Assembly (NCBI GenBank): GCA_045657165.1
Contig: JAZOSP010000067.1
Span: 3,268-67,267 of the forward strand
Direction of reading: 5' to 3'
Source of the DNA: Eubacteriales bacterium
GTDB lineage: Bacteria > Bacillota > Clostridia > Oscillospirales > CAG-272
Length of the DNA stretch: 64,000 bases
The first letter of the stretch is position 1. Each line of letters starts with the position of its first letter. Both the position numbers and the translations under genes were made by a program. Shown piece by piece: positions 61,074-64,000 of this stretch. The notes beneath the pieces are model-generated. The model ran no database searches. It saw only the letters and a program-made list of their open reading frames with translations, and had not been told where the DNA came from.

Positions 61074-63656
61074 TTACATCTTGGACTGAGCCTCAATAGT
61101 CTCGCGTATCTGTCTTCTCGTTTCGACTATCTCGCCGTAAAACTCCCGTGCACTAACGCGCAAGCCGCCGCTGCCGAGTATAACGAGCTGCTCCTCAAGG
61201 TCTGAGGTCACAACCCTCACGGTATGCTCAGCCACCCTGTCGTGAGTCGCCTTTTCAATGTACGAGTCGGCAGTCTCCGACTCGCGAGTGTATACCACGG
61301 TAACGGCACCGCACTCCTCTATTGCACCCTCTCCGCCCTGACGCTTATAGGCGTCGAATACGACTATGGCAAGACATCTGTGATAGGCTGTGTAGTCGCA
61401 CATCATGCGCACGACGGTGTCTCTCGCATGCGAGAGGTCGCGCTCTGCGACGCGCGACAGCTCATCATTTGCAAAAATGAAGTTATATCCATCAACTATA
61501 ACGTAATCCTTGCCGCGCACGCGCGGCTTTTTCGGCTTCTCCCGCCCCACTGACGGCGCTTTATTCTCTACCTTCTCGGGCGCACGCCGCGGCTTTATCT
61601 TGCCGTAGGTCGCCTCGAAAATCCGCATAAGCTCCTTGTCCTCGTCTACCGTGCCGCGATAATCCTGCTTTGCGGGAATTTTTAACACGGGGTCGGCGGT
61701 TTGCTCATTCTTGCCGCCCACTCCTATATCAATATGCATAAGGGCGTCGGCTTCATTCCAAGGAACGGTATATCCCGAGCCCGCCTTACAGAACACCGAG
61801 CTTGCCGTATGGCGCACGTCAAGCGTGGGGTCGTAGCCGCGCGCGGCTATTACCTCGTCTGTGTTGTGACAGGGGAGATAGGTCGTGCTCGTAAGATAGA
61901 GTCTGCCCTCGCCGCGCGTGTAGGCACGCAGCTCGCTTTGATAGGAGCGTACCGTTGCAACCGGGCATAGCCCCTCAAGCACGGCAGTGTCCCCAAAAAA
62001 TTCGGGCGCCTCTGCCACACCGTGCATAGAGGTCACGTCGGTCATAAGTCTGCCGAGATACTCTTTTGGCAGCTCGGCTCTGAAACGGAAGCAGGGCTCA
62101 AGCAGCACCGACTCCGCCTTCATAAGTCCTTGTCTTATCGCGCGGTAGGTTGCCTCGCGGAAATCTCCGCCCTCGGTGTGCTTTAAGTGCGCTCTGCCCG
62201 CGACGAGAGTTATTCTCACGTCGGTGAGAGGTGAGCCTGTGAGCACACCCCTGTGGGCGCGCTCCTCTATATGAGTCATAACAAGCCTCTGCCAATTAAG
62301 CGAAAGCGAGTCTCTGTCGCACTCGGTATCCGCGATAACGCCCGAGCCCTCGGGCAAGGGGTCGATACGCAAATGCACCTCTGCATAATGGCGCAGCGGC
62401 TCAAAATGTCCGCTGCCGAAAACGCTGTCGGCAATAGTTTCCTTATAAAGTATCGCCCCCTCGTCAAAGCCGACCTCTATGCCGTACCTGTCAAGGATAA
62501 GCCGCCGCAGAACTTCAATCTGTATCTCGCCCATAAGCCTGACTCGTATCACGTGAAGACGCGGGTCGTAGGAGAGGGCAAGCGACGGGTCCTCCTCAGA
62601 AAGCTCAAGCAGTCGCATATAGGTTTCATAGGGGCTCACCCCGTCAGGTAGCGTCATTTTATAGTCGAGCACCGGGGCGAGCGTCATCTCAGCGGAAGGC
62701 TCGAAGCCAAGTCCGCAGCCGGCATACACCGAGCCGAGACCGAGCACGGCACACACCGTACCGGCGCTCACCTCCTTCGGCGAGGAATACTTGTCGCCCG
62801 AATAAACTCTTATCTCCTCGACCTTTTCGGATACGGCACTCCCGTTTTCCGCAGTAAAGGTGATAAGGTCCTTGTTTTTTAACACGCCCCCCGTAATTTT
62901 CATATAAGCGAGGCGCTTGCCTGCCCTGTCACGGGCTATCTTGAAGACTCGCGCACCGAAAACCGTGCCGGAATAAGGGCGCTCAAGAGAGTACTTATCA
63001 ATACCCGAAAGCAGCTCCTTCACGCCCTCGAGCTTCAGCGCAGAGCCAAAATAGCAGGGAAAAATCTTTCTTTTCTTCACCGCCCGAGCAAGCGAGTCTA
63101 CCGAGAGGCTCTCCCTCTCGAAATACTCTGCCATAAGCTCCTCATCAGAGGCGGCAGCCGCCTCGTAAAAGGCGGGAGAGGTGTCACAGGTAAAATCTGT
63201 GCAGCCGCCCGACAGTACGGTACGCAGCTCCGAGAGAATTGCCTCGCGGCGGCGCTCGGATATGTCGGTTTTATTTATAAAAATAAAGGTGGGGATTTTC
63301 CGCGCGGCAAGCAGGTGCCAGAGCGTTTTGGTATGTGCCGTCACGCCGTCAGGTGCGCTTATTATCAGCACGGCATAATCCTGCACGGAAACAGCCCTCT
63401 CCGCCTCGCAGGAGAAATCAATATGCCCGGGTGTGTCTATCAGCGTGACTGACATATCCCCGTAGGAAAGCTCCGCCTGCTTTGAAAATATAGTAATTCC
63501 GCGCTCTCGCTCAAGAGCGTGCGTATCAAGGTATGCGTCGCGCTTATCCACCCTGCCAAGGCGGTCGGTAGCGCCCGAGCTATAAAGAAACGCCTCGGAA
63601 AGAGTGGTTTTGCCCGCGTCAACGTGTGCAACTATTCCTAAAACTATTTTCTTCAC
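61074..63656 (-). CDS. EF-G/TetM-like translational GTPase fused to a C-terminal Rae1/YacP-type NYN ribonuclease domain, 860 aa
   Basis: ORF track (GTG start). G1 AHVDAGKTT, G3 DTPGH and G4 NKTD, with strong overall resemblance to TetM/EF-G through ~aa 640. A basic linker follows. Residues ~716-860 (nt 61077-61511) read VIVDGYNFIF...AIVVFDAY...ESETADSYIEK...VVTSDLEEQ, which is the YacP/Rae1 NYN pattern. Confidence 0.85.
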   Translation of the reverse strand: MKKIVLGIVAHVDAGKTTLSEAFLYSSGATDRLGRVDKRDAYLDTHALERERGITIFSKQAELSYGDMSVTLIDTPGHIDFSCEAERAVSVQDYAVLIISAPDGVTAHTKTLWHLLAARKIPTFIFINKTDISERRREAILSELRTVLSGGCTDFTCDTSPAFYEAAAASDEELMAEYFERESLSVDSLARAVKKRKIFPCYFGSALKLEGVKELLSGIDKYSLERPYSGTVFGARVFKIARDRAGKRLAYMKITGGVLKNKDLITFTAENGSAVSEKVEEIRVYSGDKYSSPKEVSAGTVCAVLGLGSVYAGCGLGFEPSAEMTLAPVLDYKMTLPDGVSPYETYMRLLELSEEDPSLALSYDPRLHVIRVRLMGEIQIEVLRRLILDRYGIEVGFDEGAILYKETIADSVFGSGHFEPLRHYAEVHLRIDPLPEGSGVIADTECDRDSLSLNWQRLVMTHIEERAHRGVLTGSPLTDVRITLVAGRAHLKHTEGGDFREATYRAIRQGLMKAESVLLEPCFRFRAELPKEYLGRLMTDVTSMHGVAEAPEFFGDTAVLEGLCPVATVRSYQSELRAYTRGEGRLYLTSTTYLPCHNTDEVIAARGYDPTLDVRHTASSVFCKAGSGYTVPWNEADALMHIDIGVGGKNEQTADPVLKIPAKQDYRGTVDEDKELMRIFEATYGKIKPRRAPEKVENKAPSVGREKPKKPRVRGKDYVIVDGYNFIFANDELSRVAERDLSHARDTVVRMMCDYTAYHRCLAIVVFDAYKRQGGEGAIEECGAVTVVYTRESETADSYIEKATHDRVAEHTVRVVTSDLEEQLVILGSGGLRVSAREFYGEIVETRRQIRETIEAQSKM

Positions 63657-63694
63657 ACGGGTACCCCCTTTCCGTGAAATTATCTCACTCTTGA

Positions 63695-64000
63695 CTATTT
63701 CTGTCCGTTATCCTTTTCATTTGAGAGCCCGAGGGCAAGCCGCACGCAAAAGTCGTCACAAGACTCCTCATAGCTAAACTCATCAGCAACGTATTCGGCA
63801 AGCCGCGAGCAGGTTTTAAGCCCTATGCCGTTGCTCTCGACAGCGACATTGCCCCGTCCTATTTTGTTTCTGAACTCCAAGCGCAAATGCTTGTCGTCGT
63901 TTGAGATTGAAATCACAATTTTCTCGTCCTTATCTGCGTATTTATACAGATTCGAGAAAATATTGTCGATTATCCTCATAAGATACTGCGCGTCGGTATA
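63695..64000 (-). CDS. Sensor histidine kinase, C-terminal ATP-binding domain only; the 5' part lies beyond the right window edge
   Basis: ORF track 63695..63979, and the frame stays open to the window end. N-box-like IIDNIFSNLYKYA and G-box SNGIGLKTC. Confidence 0.6.
   Translation of the reverse strand, partial: YTDAQYLMRIIDNIFSNLYKYADKDEKIVISISNDDKHLRLEFRNKIGRGNVAVESNGIGLKTCSRLAEYVADEFSYEESCDDFCVRLALGLSNEKDNGQK

Noticed and set aside
61074-63656. Calling the GTPase a tetracycline-resistance ribosomal-protection gene (tet(M)-like)
   Set aside because: Similarity to TetM is family-level only and is shared with many non-resistance GTPases of this clade. The NYN fusion and the chromosomal core context argue against a classical mobile tet determinant. 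No resistance claim can be made from sequence alone.

Overview
This 64-kb window looks like a Firmicutes/Clostridia-type chromosome: GGAGG-type RBSs, hairpin plus T-run terminators, and BspA-type LRR and Listeria/Bacteroides-repeat surface proteins. The taxon is an inference. By eye it has three compositional blocks.

(1) 1 to ~10.2 kb is AT-rich. It carries a tightly packed minus-strand operon: XRE-HTH, MORC/MutL-like GHKL ATPase, Z1 NTPase, PD-(D/E)XK protein, AIPR protein and a C5 cytosine methyltransferase cut by the window edge. This is a methylase-linked multi-gene defence locus, Mza-like as far as I recall. A divergent AAA+/DUF4143 ATPase sits beside it.

(2) 10,538-16,156 is a ~5.6-kb integrative element bounded by 24-bp direct repeats that resemble a tRNA 3' end, although no tRNA body is present. 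It encodes a tyrosine integrase, a rolling-circle Rep-like protein, a serine recombinase and a zinc-ribbon membrane protein. It also holds perfect-consensus promoters, a structured leader with mutually exclusive antiterminator and terminator hairpins, and several dispersed repeat motifs.

(3) 16.3-64 kb is GC-richer core, and every gene is on the minus strand.
- A sugar-phosphate isomerase.
- A ~22-kb gene string in which a MoxR / DUF58 / BatA-VWA / VWA module lies between giant BspA-LRR lipoproteins (2688 aa and 918 aa) and a 1077-aa orphan lipoprotein.
- A ~16-kb unit: a 2547-aa S8-subtilisin/PA/Big_2/LRR fusion protein, a lipoprotein and an Opp-type peptide ABC importer with oversized components.
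- A DUF1538 / tandem P-II-like / cardiolipin synthase / SDR string.
- An EF-G/TetM-like GTPase fused to a Rae1/YacP-type NYN RNase domain.
- The 3' end of a histidine kinase gene.

The most novel-looking items are the GTPase-NYN fusion, the MoxR-VWA module embedded among giant adhesin-like proteins, the regulatory architecture of the small mobile element, and the defence operon. No rRNA, intact tRNA or CRISPR array was seen.
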